Positions 10,598 to 19,323 of a stretch of 64,000 nt of DNA are shown here, in pieces (positions within the stretch are counted from its first letter, which is position 1; each line of letters starts with the position of its first letter). The stretch lies in sequence record OP856590.1. One strand, given 5' to 3'. The DNA comes from Escherichia phage Ec_MI-02. A program made the translations under genes and the position numbers. The notes beneath the pieces were generated by a model that worked only from the letters and a program-made list of their open reading frames with translations, searched no databases and had not been told where the DNA came from.

Positions 10598-10905
10598 CGT
10601 AAATTCCCTGCAATTGGTATACTAACAATACGCCCAGTATCTAAAATTCGCTGATATAATCTTTGTGTGTCTACGTCAGGCTTAACATGTTTAACTTCTA
10701 TTTTATTAAACCAAAATTTACGTGGAGTCTCAACTAATCTTGGAATTCCCTTACCTAAAGCTAGTTGATACTGCTCTTTAAGAGTGGTAAATACTTTATC
10801 AGCAATCTTCCATTCAAAAAATACAGCAGGACGATGTTCATCAAGCGGAACTGGCGCCGTAAATCCGTCTTTGTCTCGGTAAACTATCGCATATACATAA
10901 ACCAT
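10594..10905 (-). CDS. hypothetical protein (103 aa)
   Basis: ATG start; ATGA overlap with dda. Confidence 0.55.
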   Translation of the reverse strand: MVYVYAIVYRDKDGFTAPVPLDEHRPAVFFEWKIADKVFTTLKEQYQLALGKGIPRLVETPRKFWFNKIEVKHVKPDVDTQRLYQRILDTGRIVSIPIAGNLR

Positions 10906-10906
10906 A

Positions 10907-11653
10907 TTATCCTCGGATAAGTTTAAAAATTGAACAATTTAGCGGATATCCTCTTTTCAGTTTAAGTTTATCAATAAAAGACAAGTTTTGATACCGCTCT
11001 ACACCTTGAATAATTTTATCACACATATCATATTGCATTTCTGCTTCTGACAACTTTTTCACAGTTTTCCAATCCGAGCCTTTAAGAAGAACGTTCAATT
11101 TAACAACTTCAGCGCCTTCTGCTATGCGAGAACCATCAATACGAGCTTTGAGTGCTATAATCGTTAGCTTAATGTCAGAGGTTTGTTTTGATTTAGAAAG
11201 CTGAGAAATGTGTTCAATTCGGTTTTCACGTTTTTTCTGTATAGCTTTAATTTGATTATAAGTCTTTTTGATTTTAGCCCATTTCTTTTCATCTAAATTT
11301 AGTTTATGAACTTTTTTCGCAGATGAACGACCAATTCGCAAAGCAAATAAATCACGCTTTTCAATCAACTCTTCTAAAGTATAATCAGAACGAAATGTAT
11401 TATACTTTTTCTTTACTGCAATAACATTCCCTTTAATGTATCCAACGTTATTATCAAAACGTTCTAATGATAATTTCTCTCCTTCAATACGATTATCAAA
11501 AGATTCTCCCGAGTAAGCACAAACTTTCTGATCTAAAATGTTCTTAATGTAATTGAAGTCTAAGTTAAAATCTTTAGAACGTCTTTTAGCAGATGCCTGA
11601 GTATGCTCTAGACGACGTTTAATTTTACGAATTTGATTTTTAGACAGTTTCAT
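10907..11653 (-). CDS. lysine-rich hypothetical protein (248 aa) at the srd position
   Basis: ATG start; between dda and modA as T4 srd; contains CAYSG...GYIKGNV HNH-like motif; identity unverified. Confidence 0.45.
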   Translation of the reverse strand: MKLSKNQIRKIKRRLEHTQASAKRRSKDFNLDFNYIKNILDQKVCAYSGESFDNRIEGEKLSLERFDNNVGYIKGNVIAVKKKYNTFRSDYTLEELIEKRDLFALRIGRSSAKKVHKLNLDEKKWAKIKKTYNQIKAIQKKRENRIEHISQLSKSKQTSDIKLTIIALKARIDGSRIAEGAEVVKLNVLLKGSDWKTVKKLSEAEMQYDMCDKIIQGVERYQNLSFIDKLKLKRGYPLNCSIFKLIRG

Positions 11654-11688
11654 ATTTTTCTCACATCTTACGGACGGTTAACTACTTA

Positions 11689-11719
11689 TACTATAACATT
11701 TTTACTTTAACTTGTAAAC
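11689..11719 (-). promoter_or_regulatory. T4 early-type promoter upstream of srd-position gene
   Basis: GTTTAC-N17-TATAGT. Confidence 0.5.
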
Positions 11720-11776
11720 AACTTTGTGTAAAAATGCTTTAAAACTTTCATGGTATAATGAATCTAAGTCCTTCCA

Positions 11777-12379
11777 TTATAGATTAAATCCTTCAAAATC
11801 AAGAGTATAGATAGTGTATGTTGAACACTTTTTATACTCATATCTATCTGCAATTCTAAATACACTTCCAGCCGGTATCATTACTTCTTGTTCATCTGAA
11901 ACTAATTCCATATTACGATAACGATGACTATCCGGAAACTTAAAGTTTGGATTGTATTCTTTACAGCGTAGAGCTTTTATAGCATACTCCTGGAAATTGA
12001 ATACCATAGGAGCTTTGAATTCAAAAATAACTTGCGTGTTATATTCTAATCCAGAAGCAAAATGTAGAGCTATATTTTTATCATATGAAGCTGATACTAC
12101 TTTATCAAATGTAATAATATCAATTCCTTGATTTAACACCTGCTTAGTCTCAACTGGAACACCTCTCCAAAGAGGTTTATCGTTTGGAACCAAACGAGAT
12201 TTGATTATTTCATTTAACCAAGAATGATCGTCTGGCTTATTAGTAATACAATGAATTAAAAGTTCAATTTCGGATAAATTAAATCCTTCAGAAAGTAATT
12301 CTTCACGAATAGAAGCACGCACAGATGCATCCATTGATTTGATTTTAAAATCTTTTAATTGCATTGCTGAATATTTCAT
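11777..12379 (-). CDS. modA: ADP-ribosyltransferase ModA-like (200 aa)
   Basis: 200 aa, tandem with 207 aa paralogue as T4 modA/modB; ATGA overlap. Confidence 0.7.
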   Translation of the reverse strand: MKYSAMQLKDFKIKSMDASVRASIREELLSEGFNLSEIELLIHCITNKPDDHSWLNEIIKSRLVPNDKPLWRGVPVETKQVLNQGIDIITFDKVVSASYDKNIALHFASGLEYNTQVIFEFKAPMVFNFQEYAIKALRCKEYNPNFKFPDSHRYRNMELVSDEQEVMIPAGSVFRIADRYEYKKCSTYTIYTLDFEGFNL

Positions 12380-12999
12380 TCAACTACCTCAATATCATAC
12401 ACTTTAAATGTTCCAAACGAATCGTGTAATTTTTCTTTTGAAATAGAAGTTATTTTATACTTTCCAATTGGAATCATCCATTCTTGTTCACGTACAATCA
12501 TCATTAAGTTATCAGTACGTTCTGAATCTAATCCATCAGTATCTTCATATGTATACTTAAACTCGGTATTAGGAGAAGAAAGTATAATATCGCTGATATG
12601 GTCAGAATAATTAAAAGCTTTATCAGTTTTTAAGCGAAATATTATTTCAGTGAAATACTCAACATAAGAAAAACCGCATGCTGTGTGCAAACTAGTAGTA
12701 AATGAATCTACTCTGTTCGTTGAAAACACTTCTCCAACTTGTAAATCTTTAATGAGTTCTTTTGTCGATTTTGATATACCACGATATAGCTGATAAGGTG
12801 ATTTAGTTAAATGCTTTTTAACGATTTTATTCAACTGCCAATGAAGGGCTTCATTCTTTTTGGCTTCCATACATTGCCAAAGAATTGACTGTTCAAAGTC
12901 AGTAAATTTTTCACAGACCTTTTTATACATATCATATTGAAAATCAACGCTTTCAGCTTTTATAGATAACTGTTCAACATCTGCAAGATTAATAATCAT
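12376..12999 (-). CDS. modB: ADP-ribosyltransferase ModB-like (207 aa)
   Basis: 207 aa; paralogue of modA; early promoter upstream. Confidence 0.7.
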   Translation of the reverse strand: MIINLADVEQLSIKAESVDFQYDMYKKVCEKFTDFEQSILWQCMEAKKNEALHWQLNKIVKKHLTKSPYQLYRGISKSTKELIKDLQVGEVFSTNRVDSFTTSLHTACGFSYVEYFTEIIFRLKTDKAFNYSDHISDIILSSPNTEFKYTYEDTDGLDSERTDNLMMIVREQEWMIPIGKYKITSISKEKLHDSFGTFKVYDIEVVE

Positions 13000-13025
13000 G
13001 ATAGCCTCCGTATACTTCAGAAGCT

Positions 13026-13054
13026 ATCATATCATCGCTAGAAAGGAAAGTAAA
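13026..13054 (-). promoter_or_regulatory. T4 early-type promoter upstream of modB
   Basis: GTTTAC-N17-TATGAT. Confidence 0.5.
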
Positions 13055-13066
13055 CAACTTTTTGAA

Positions 13067-13249
13067 TTATTTTGCCCAGGGAGCCCAAGGCGGAGGGTCA
13101 AGATGGTATGAAGCTAGTTCTTCTAGAAGAGCATCTGGGGCTTCAATTCCATAATTCTGTAATACTATACGGTACTCTTTCTTATAATCACTAGAATCAT
13201 TCTGGATATTCGTAGAATGATTATCTTCTAACATCTCAAATAAATCCAT
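13067..13249 (-). CDS. hypothetical protein (60 aa)
   Basis: ATG start; small acidic ORF. Confidence 0.4.
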   Translation of the reverse strand: MDLFEMLEDNHSTNIQNDSSDYKKEYRIVLQNYGIEAPDALLEELASYHLDPPPWAPWAK

Positions 13250-13257
13250 ATTAATTC

Positions 13258-13728
13258 CTAGCGATAAAAACCAAAATGACGATTAGCTTCAATAATCTTT
13301 CTTTCTTCTTCGGACATTCTCCAGCGTAGTCCAACATCAAAATGAGCCCAGACCATCTTAACAAATGCATTTATATCTTTAATATCTTCAATAATGAATG
13401 TTTTACTTTTAGAAGGTTGACTAGCTAATTTAACTTTATCGTCTTCAAACAGGTCAAAAAGACCATATTCATGAGCTCTTTTATAGCCTTTAATAGTTAA
13501 AGCTTCAGAAGAAGAAAACGGTGAATCAGTATTCTGCAAAATATCTTCAGTATGCTTTATAATTAGAATAACATTTTCTGGATATTTTCTTTCTTTTATA
13601 TCTTTAATTAAAATATCCGGATTTTCTGCTAAAGGAATAATTAATGAGCACTCTTTATCAAGTGTATTTACTGATTTACCTTCTTTAGACATAAATTCTA
13701 TTGAATAATGTTTTGCTACTTCAATCAT
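13258..13728 (-). CDS. hypothetical protein (156 aa)
   Basis: ATG start. Confidence 0.55.
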   Translation of the reverse strand: MIEVAKHYSIEFMSKEGKSVNTLDKECSLIIPLAENPDILIKDIKERKYPENVILIIKHTEDILQNTDSPFSSSEALTIKGYKRAHEYGLFDLFEDDKVKLASQPSKSKTFIIEDIKDINAFVKMVWAHFDVGLRWRMSEEERKIIEANRHFGFYR

Positions 13729-13885
13729 GTGATTTCCTTTTGCCTACTAATGGACCGTCAGGAATTTTGTTTTCCTGAATGTATTTCTCATTTTCTTCCA
13801 TCATTTTACTACCGATTTTAAGAAGCAAATCTAAGGCTTCATTTGCTTTATCCTTAGCCTCTTCTAACGTCATATCTTTGTTCAT
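13721..13885 (-). CDS. small hypothetical protein (54 aa)
   Basis: not in track; [21 protein letters not shown]; ATGA overlap upstream and 8-nt overlap downstream. Confidence 0.3.
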   Translation of the reverse strand: MNKDMTLEEAKDKANEALDLLLKIGSKMMEENEKYIQENKIPDGPLVGKRKSHD

Positions 13886-14085
13886 GATTTATCCCCATAG
13901 ATGTCTCTCATCAATTTAAGCGCTGAGCGTTCTAATTTCTTTTCTTTCTCAGCACTAATCATTGATTTCATCCATTCTTCTGATTCGTTCTGTATTTCTT
14001 TATTTGCCTGTTCAACCCAACCATCATCAATATACATTGAGTTTGGTCTACTGAACCATTCAAGCATCTTCTTCAGAACTTTCAT
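13882..14085 (-). CDS. hypothetical protein (67 aa)
   Basis: ATG start. Confidence 0.45.
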   Translation of the reverse strand: MKVLKKMLEWFSRPNSMYIDDGWVEQANKEIQNESEEWMKSMISAEKEKKLERSALKLMRDIYGDKS

Positions 14086-14545
14086 TTGTTTTACCTAAAA
14101 CAATAGTAGGAGCATCGTCAAATTCATGAATTTTTAGCAATTTTGGATTTAAATTATTCCATACATAATAAATAAAGTATGATAAAGCATCTTCACTCGC
14201 AATTATAAATTTATTTCCTTTATCTATTTTCCAGTCATATACTGAATCGTACGAATAAAAAGATAAAGGGTTATCATTATATTGTTCTGCGCTAACATTA
14301 ATGTATTCGGATTTAGTAAATGCTTCAATTGCTCTAAACGGACTATTTGACACAGTTTCAATAATTCCGATCTTTTTAAGTTTTATTTCAGCATCTTCTG
14401 GAACTGGCATTGAAACGAAATTTTCTACGAGATACATAGGGTTACGATAACCCTTATCAATCATTACGGCTACAGTAATTGGAACGTCTTTAGCAAACGA
14501 CATACTATTACTGCTAATATACATTTCAAACAAAATCGCTTCCAT
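14060..14545 (-). CDS. hypothetical protein (161 aa), possible mrh equivalent
   Basis: track start TTG; ATG at MEAILFEMY with GAGGAAA SD; length matches T4 Mrh by memory only. Confidence 0.45.
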   Translation of the reverse strand: MEAILFEMYISSNSMSFAKDVPITVAVMIDKGYRNPMYLVENFVSMPVPEDAEIKLKKIGIIETVSNSPFRAIEAFTKSEYINVSAEQYNDNPLSFYSYDSVYDWKIDKGNKFIIASEDALSYFIYYVWNNLNPKLLKIHEFDDAPTIVLGKTNESSEEDA

Positions 14546-14553
14546 AATTTTCC

Positions 14554-14892
14554 TCAATCACAAGATGTAGATGAACAACTAGAATCACAAGAACTTCCAC
14601 ATGAATCGCCCGTCCACACATGAACAGGAACATTAGTATCATATGAATCAGAACTAGACTGTGTATTCTGCGTATTAGATGATGTAGGTGTTGACCAGCG
14701 CCAAGGATTTTTATAATATTCTTGGGCTTCTTCATAAGTCATAGTAACTGCTTCTACTGTTCCATCTCCCATATAAACATATTCAACTACAGTTAAAGGA
14801 AGGTAGTCGTTTGAAATAGGAACTACACCTTCTCCGGGAGTTGTAGAGAAAAAATCCGTAAAGAAACTTTTAAACCAATTAAAGATAAACAT
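14554..14892 (-). CDS. hypothetical protein with Cys/Ser-rich C-terminal tail (112 aa)
   Basis: ATG start; C-terminus [17 protein letters not shown]. Confidence 0.5.
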   Translation of the reverse strand: MFIFNWFKSFFTDFFSTTPGEGVVPISNDYLPLTVVEYVYMGDGTVEAVTMTYEEAQEYYKNPWRWSTPTSSNTQNTQSSSDSYDTNVPVHVWTGDSCGSSCDSSCSSTSCD

Positions 14893-15098
14893 TACAAAAA
14901 GCCTCTCTTGAATTCGACTTGCTTTTCGCCATAATCATATCGAATCTCTGCATTAAATTCGACAGAACCATCTGCGTACATCATAAATGAATGCACAACA
15001 ACTTCTGTAGACCATGGCTGCAGTTCATATTTCTTCATTACATGCCGTGAAATGATAATATCTAAATCTTCATTTGGTTTAATCCATCGATTTAACAT
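14892..15098 (-). CDS. hypothetical protein (68 aa)
   Basis: ATG start; early promoter at 15125..15154 upstream. Confidence 0.5.
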   Translation of the reverse strand: MLNRWIKPNEDLDIIISRHVMKKYELQPWSTEVVVHSFMMYADGSVEFNAEIRYDYGEKQVEFKRGFL

Positions 15099-15124
15099 AG
15101 TGCTCTCCTCTATAAGATAATTCT

Positions 15125-15154
15125 ATTATACCATACTCGTTGTGGAAAGTAAAC
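15125..15154 (-). promoter_or_regulatory. T4 early-type promoter
   Basis: GTTTAC-N18-TATAAT; copy of the module at 56381..56411. Confidence 0.6.
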
Positions 15155-15164
15155 CGGTAAAATG

Positions 15165-15189
15165 AAAAAAGGACTCCCCGAAGGAGTCC
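15165..15189 (-). terminator. rho-independent terminator after soc
   Basis: GGACUCC-UUCGG-GGAGUCC followed by UUUUUU on minus strand. Confidence 0.7.
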
Positions 15190-15197
15190 TTGAATTA

Positions 15198-15434
15198 TTA
15201 ACCACCTATTTCTGTAGGCGTAAACATTGCAGCATTCTTAGTTTTCCAAGTTGCTGCATCGGAAACTACATCAGAATAAGCTGCTTTTTCTGACGGAAAG
15301 ATTTGATAATGAGAATCTGCAATACGGTGTTCATTTGAATATACATCAAATGCTACAGAAACTTCCATACCTTTAACTTCTTTGCCTTCACCTGCTGGAT
15401 GAGTAAAGGTCTTGATGTTAACGAAACCACCCAT
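15198..15434 (-). CDS. soc: small outer capsid protein Soc-like (78 aa)
   Basis: VNIKTF...SVAF...HYQIFPSEKAAYS resembles T4 Soc; late promoter TATAAATA and AAGGAG SD upstream; terminator downstream. Confidence 0.7.
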   Translation of the reverse strand: MGGFVNIKTFTHPAGEGKEVKGMEVSVAFDVYSNEHRIADSHYQIFPSEKAAYSDVVSDAATWKTKNAAMFTPTEIGG

Positions 15435-15465
15435 AATAAACTCCTTTATTGTTTAATTACAGATG

Positions 15466-15473
15466 TATTTATA
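15466..15473 (-). promoter_or_regulatory. T4 late promoter TATAAATA for soc
   Basis: exact TATAAATA on minus strand about 30 nt upstream of soc ATG. Confidence 0.7.
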
Positions 15474-15643
15474 TCAGTCTTCAATGAAAACTTGTGCCAG
15501 GAATTCATGTTCATCTTGAATTTGTTTATATAAAGCCATTACAGCATTTATATTAGAGCTATCTACTTTAAGCTGATAGGCATACCACTCGTGTAAATTA
15601 ATTAAAGCTTTTTGTCGTCTAATAAATTCTTCTTTGGATATTT

Positions 15644-15844
15644 TCATTTTGAATGCTCTATAATTAATTTTAAGGCTTCTTTACTGACAAAAATTTCATC
15701 AAGACCTTCTTCTACACCCCAATCAACTGCACGAAGCTGATTAGATAAGAGCTCGTATGTGAGCTCTTTGTCATAATTTTTAAATAGCTGGTCAATACGT
15801 TTCTTGTGGGCTTTCTTAAGCTGGCGTTTATTTAAACGAGCCAT
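15644..15844 (-). CDS. hypothetical protein (66 aa)
   Basis: ATG start; ATGA overlap with gene 56. Confidence 0.5.
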   Translation of the reverse strand: MARLNKRQLKKAHKKRIDQLFKNYDKELTYELLSNQLRAVDWGVEEGLDEIFVSKEALKLIIEHSK

Positions 15845-16362
15845 TAATAACCTCGGTCTTGACGAGCGAAGTTTTCAGCATTTTTCAGATAATAAAGTTT
15901 AAAGATTTCTTCAGCTGACATTCCAAGAGCAATAAATTTATTCATGAAAAAGTGAAATTGATCAATCAATTCAAATTTAATTTCAAGTTGATCTTCAGGA
16001 GATAAATCTTGAATTTTCTTGGATTGCATTTCAGAATAACGTTTCTTCCAAGGTTTCCATACAGCAGAAGCTTCTTTTTCGCCATTACTCATACCACCAA
16101 GAGAAGTATATAGCTCGCGAGTTTCGTCTGCGATATAATCGTCTTGGTTTCGCAGCCAAGCAAGAACTTCTCCTGCAGTTTCAAGTGAATCGGGATGACG
16201 ATTTGTTTCTGGTTTATCATTAGCCAAACGAATCTGTAAATGCCGCTGCATATCAAGCATAACTTGCAGTGGGTCAATATTGTGCATAATATTCTCAGCA
16301 TATGCACGATTTGCTTTATCAACACCTTCGATCAAATGAGCGCATTCATTAAAGTAAGCCAT
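15844..16362 (-). CDS. 56: dCTPase/dUTPase gp56-like (172 aa)
   Basis: position between soc and 61; track ORF (203 aa) trimmed to first ATG with AAGGA SD; identity by position and size. Confidence 0.6.
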   Translation of the reverse strand: MAYFNECAHLIEGVDKANRAYAENIMHNIDPLQVMLDMQRHLQIRLANDKPETNRHPDSLETAGEVLAWLRNQDDYIADETRELYTSLGGMSNGEKEASAVWKPWKKRYSEMQSKKIQDLSPEDQLEIKFELIDQFHFFMNKFIALGMSAEEIFKLYYLKNAENFARQDRGY

Positions 16363-16433
16363 TATTTTTCCTTTCAATTCATGGGTTAGTAGATTAATTA
16401 TACAATAAATATATAAAGCAATAAGGAGGATAT

Positions 16434-16634
16434 ATGGTACAAAAATTAATGGCACTTGTTAATGCCATAAAAGGTAATAAAAAACGTATAGCTTTTACTA
16501 TTTCTGCTATGATAGGAATTTTACTCTGGAATTTTGTTTTATCACCAATTGCTATTGCTCATGGTGTTAATATTCCAGTAATTACTCTTGATACATTCGT
16601 AGATTTAGCATTTGCTTTAGTTGGGTTAATTTAA
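16434..16634 (+). CDS. small single-pass membrane protein (66 aa), plus strand
   Basis: ATG 4 nt after AAGGAGG SD; hydrophobic helix AFTISAMIGILLWNFVLSPIAIA; convergent with gene 61 (stop codons overlap). Confidence 0.45.
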   Translation: MVQKLMALVNAIKGNKKRIAFTISAMIGILLWNFVLSPIAIAHGVNIPVITLDTFVDLAFALVGLI

Positions 16635-17659
16635 ATCTTAGCATATTTAGATAGCCGCATTTTAGCCATCAACCCTTGGGCAATATTATTTTTCATATAT
16701 TCCATAATTTGTTTAGGGGTTGCACCTTCCTTTCTAATCATATCATTAACATCTTTTGATTTCCAGGGAGATTTATCCCAAAACATAACCCTTTCTCCTG
16801 CATCAACTAATTTAGTCATTCGTTTAATAGTGTCAGGGTGACGAGGTTCATTATCTAAAACCCACACACGTCTATCTTTAAATGGAACAATTTCTAGGTC
16901 TAATTGACCGCCCGTAATAGCTATACCATTTTCAATAAAAAGTGAATCTATAGGTCCTTCTAGAACATATACATCACCATCTTTGACTCGTTCAACTCCA
17001 TAAATTTTTGTTGCCTCAGGATAAGCTTTGATGGTGATATATTTTTGAGGAGCATCTTTCTTTAATGCACGTCCTTGAAAAGACTCAGCTTTTCCATTAG
17101 CATTATAAATTGGAATAACAAGACGAGGCTCAGGTATTTCCTTTTTATATGTTCCTGGCGCTATACTATTAACTAATTTAGGCCATTCGGTTGTAAACCA
17201 AAGATATTTCCATTTATCCTTTGGAATACAACGAGCTTTTACATATTTTATAATTGGATGGTCTTCCGCCAATTTATCTAATCTAATGCATGACGGAAGA
17301 GATTTAATTATTTTCTTCTCAGGTTGTTTAGGAAGTTCTTTAGGTTTTTCTACTGGACGACTTTTACCTTTTTCTTTTCTTATTTCAAAGATATATTCAC
17401 GATATAAATCAGGTTCAAACTCCTTTAAATATATTCCGATTGGTGCATGATAGTTACAGTTATAACAATGAATATTTCCTTCATTATTATCGCCATAATA
17501 CCATCCACGGGCTTTATTTTGGTCGGTTTTTGAATCTCCACAAACAGGGCATCTAAACCGTAATTTAAAAGTTGAACTATTATTTACTTGTGCGAATTTA
17601 GGTAAATGAGCTAATGCACGGTATGCAAACTCATTATCAATCCAAGGTATTGATGACAT
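16631..17659 (-). CDS. 61: DNA primase gp61 (342 aa)
   Basis: 342 aa; N-terminal zinc ribbon CPVCGDSK...CYNC; ATG confirmed. Confidence 0.9.
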   Translation of the reverse strand: MSSIPWIDNEFAYRALAHLPKFAQVNNSSTFKLRFRCPVCGDSKTDQNKARGWYYGDNNEGNIHCYNCNYHAPIGIYLKEFEPDLYREYIFEIRKEKGKSRPVEKPKELPKQPEKKIIKSLPSCIRLDKLAEDHPIIKYVKARCIPKDKWKYLWFTTEWPKLVNSIAPGTYKKEIPEPRLVIPIYNANGKAESFQGRALKKDAPQKYITIKAYPEATKIYGVERVKDGDVYVLEGPIDSLFIENGIAITGGQLDLEIVPFKDRRVWVLDNEPRHPDTIKRMTKLVDAGERVMFWDKSPWKSKDVNDMIRKEGATPKQIMEYMKNNIAQGLMAKMRLSKYAKI

Positions 17660-17661
17660 TT

Positions 17662-17826
17662 TTACTCTTCTTTTTCTTTAGATTCCTCTTTTTTCTTTTT
17701 AGGAATCTGTTCAGGACCTTTATTTACTACAGCGCCTGACGTTGTTCCAGTGGAGATATTTTCAGGATTACCACCTGAATCTCCAGCTACCATATCTTCT
17801 TTGATAAATTCTTTATATGTTTTCAT
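17662..17826 (-). CDS. small hypothetical protein (54 aa) with capsid-targeting-like N-terminus
   Basis: not in track; ATG MKTYKEFIKEDMVAG...; directly upstream of gene 61. Confidence 0.4.
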   Translation of the reverse strand: MKTYKEFIKEDMVAGDSGGNPENISTGTTSGAVVNKGPEQIPKKKKEESKEKEE

Positions 17827-17827
17827 A

Positions 17828-18184
17828 TTAACCTCTATTCATAAAAGCATTAAAAATTTGGTCATCAATCGATGGAATAGCAACTTTTTCTGCGTCATTT
17901 AGCAAATCATTAATTTCATCAGATAGCATAACGCATGTACCTTTATTTCCTGTAATTGTTACTGCACAATTACGAACGTTTTCTTTATCAAATTTTAGGT
18001 TAATATTTTCGTAGTGAAAATCCTTTAATGCCGAATATATTTTTAAAATGAAATTGTCTTTTACTACAATAAACCCAACCTCACTATTAAAACGCGGTTC
18101 ATGGAAGCTGTAATAAATCTTTTCATCTATAAAATCGTATGAAATTTTTTCCATTTTTAAATATGAAAATTCAGAACTATACAT
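17828..18184 (-). CDS. hypothetical protein (118 aa)
   Basis: ORF track coordinates kept; printed sequence near the start is inconsistent with the track translation by 1 nt. Confidence 0.5.
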   Translation of the reverse strand: MYSSEFSYLKMEKISYDFIDEKIYYSFHEPRFNSEVGFIVVKDNFILKIYSALKDFHYENINLKFDKENVRNCAVTITGNKGTCVMLSDEINDLLNDAEKVAIPSIDDQIFNAFMNRG

Positions 18185-18196
18185 ACTAACCTCTAA

Positions 18197-18490
18197 TTAC
18201 TCACCTACCACTTCAGCGATGATATTTTTATTATTAAAGTTTTTATCGCAATACAGAACATAATTATACTGCATTACACCACCAGACTTAAGCTGTTTTT
18301 GTACTTCAGCTTTCATTTCAGGACGGTCACGCTCAACGATATTCATAATATCTGCTTCAATTTGAGTTTCAACTTCAGTCTGATCTGCAGTCATAGACCA
18401 TTCACACAAATCTTTGTCATAACCCGCCATAGCAGGCTGAGCAGCGCAAGAAGATAAGGCAAAAATTGCAGCAAAGATAAATTTTTTCAT
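18197..18490 (-). CDS. sp: Spackle periplasmic protein (97 aa)
   Basis: 97 aa with cleavable signal peptide; position between 61 and 41. Confidence 0.7.
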   Translation of the reverse strand: MKKFIFAAIFALSSCAAQPAMAGYDKDLCEWSMTADQTEVETQIEADIMNIVERDRPEMKAEVQKQLKSGGVMQYNYVLYCDKNFNNKNIIAEVVGE

Positions 18491-18515
18491 GATAATCTCC
18501 TCAGTAGTTTATGTT

Positions 18516-18546
18516 TATAGTATCTCAATTTTCAACAAAAGTAAAC
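18516..18546 (-). promoter_or_regulatory. T4 early-type promoter upstream of sp
   Basis: GTTTAC-N18-TACTAT. Confidence 0.45.
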
Positions 18547-18593
18547 ACTAGTAGAAGCAAACAGACAAATTGTAATAATTGGTGATTTCAGTT

Positions 18594-18776
18594 TCATTCT
18601 TCTCCTCCTTCATGTTGATGAACATATTCTTTTTCAAGTCTAGAGCACAAGTTTTCATATTCAACTAATAAAAATGAATCAAGTGCGTTATTTCTATGCT
18701 GACACCGTTCTTGTAAAGAATCCATCTCTGAACGTTGTTCTTGTGTTAATAATTGATAACCTGATACTTTAGACAT
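18594..18776 (-). CDS. hypothetical protein (60 aa)
   Basis: ATG start; early promoter upstream. Confidence 0.5.
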   Translation of the reverse strand: MSKVSGYQLLTQEQRSEMDSLQERCQHRNNALDSFLLVEYENLCSRLEKEYVHQHEGGEE

Positions 18777-18805
18777 TTTGTTCTCCGCAATTAGCTGATA
18801 GAATT

Positions 18806-18835
18806 ACTATAACACAACTCTATCAGCTTGTAAAC
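18806..18835 (-). promoter_or_regulatory. T4 early-type promoter
   Basis: GTTTAC-N18-TATAGT. Confidence 0.45.
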
Positions 18836-18837
18836 TA

Positions 18838-19080
18838 CTATTTTACTAGCATCAATAACTGTTTCTCTAACTTGACGATTTTACGAAAGTATCTTTTGCA
18901 TTGGCGAATCTGTCGCTTCGTAGGACGTACAGCAAACTTAATAAATTCCACTCGACCAAATGGAGGACTTTCTTCTGCTGGAATATCTAGCACCAATTCC
19001 CACGTATCTGCAATAAGTGCTTTGAATTGTGTATTTTTCCTGACGTTATACGGAGTAGGTTTAAATAAAACAATATGCAT
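18838..19080 (-). CDS. hypothetical basic protein (80 aa)
   Basis: ATG start; early promoter upstream. Confidence 0.5.
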   Translation of the reverse strand: MHIVLFKPTPYNVRKNTQFKALIADTWELVLDIPAEESPPFGRVEFIKFAVRPTKRQIRQCKRYFRKIVKLEKQLLMLVK

Positions 19081-19081
19081 A

Positions 19082-19264
19082 TTATCCTCGGCAATCTACT
19101 TCACATACTTTCTTGTCATCAATGAAAGCTTTAACTAATGCTTTATTAACTTCAGCATATTGAGTAGTAGCCCATTGAACGTCATCTTTCATCATTGTGA
19201 TTTCTTTAGTAAACATGCTTTCGTTCTTAAACCACCCCATAAAAACTACCTTTACCAATTCCAT
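19082..19264 (-). CDS. hypothetical protein (60 aa), possible dmd-like antitoxin
   Basis: ATG start; 60 aa, immediately upstream of gene 41 interval where T4 encodes dmd; identity unverified. Confidence 0.45.
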   Translation of the reverse strand: MELVKVVFMGWFKNESMFTKEITMMKDDVQWATTQYAEVNKALVKAFIDDKKVCEVDCRG

Positions 19265-19293
19265 AACAATCTCCTCATTTAACCAACAAGACT

Positions 19294-19323
19294 ACTATAC
19301 CATAGTCTTGTCAGCTTGTAAAC
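19294..19323 (-). promoter_or_regulatory. T4 early-type promoter
   Basis: GTTTAC-N18-TATAGT. Confidence 0.5.

Noticed and set aside
11735-11759. Plus-strand MotA-box-like promoter (TGCTTTA-N12-TATAAT) pointing antisense into modA
   Set aside because: Overlaps the minus-strand early promoter region in AT-rich sequence and has no downstream plus-strand ORF; probably a chance match, though an antisense transcript cannot be excluded without RNA data
15844-16455. 203 aa version of gene 56 and other long N-terminal extensions starting at TTG/GTG (e.g. 47053..48105, 7297..7836, 24348..24740, 51490..52470, 56165..56503)
   Set aside because: First codons are TTG/GTG lying inside promoters or upstream genes; a downstream ATG with good SD gives lengths matching T4 proteins where known
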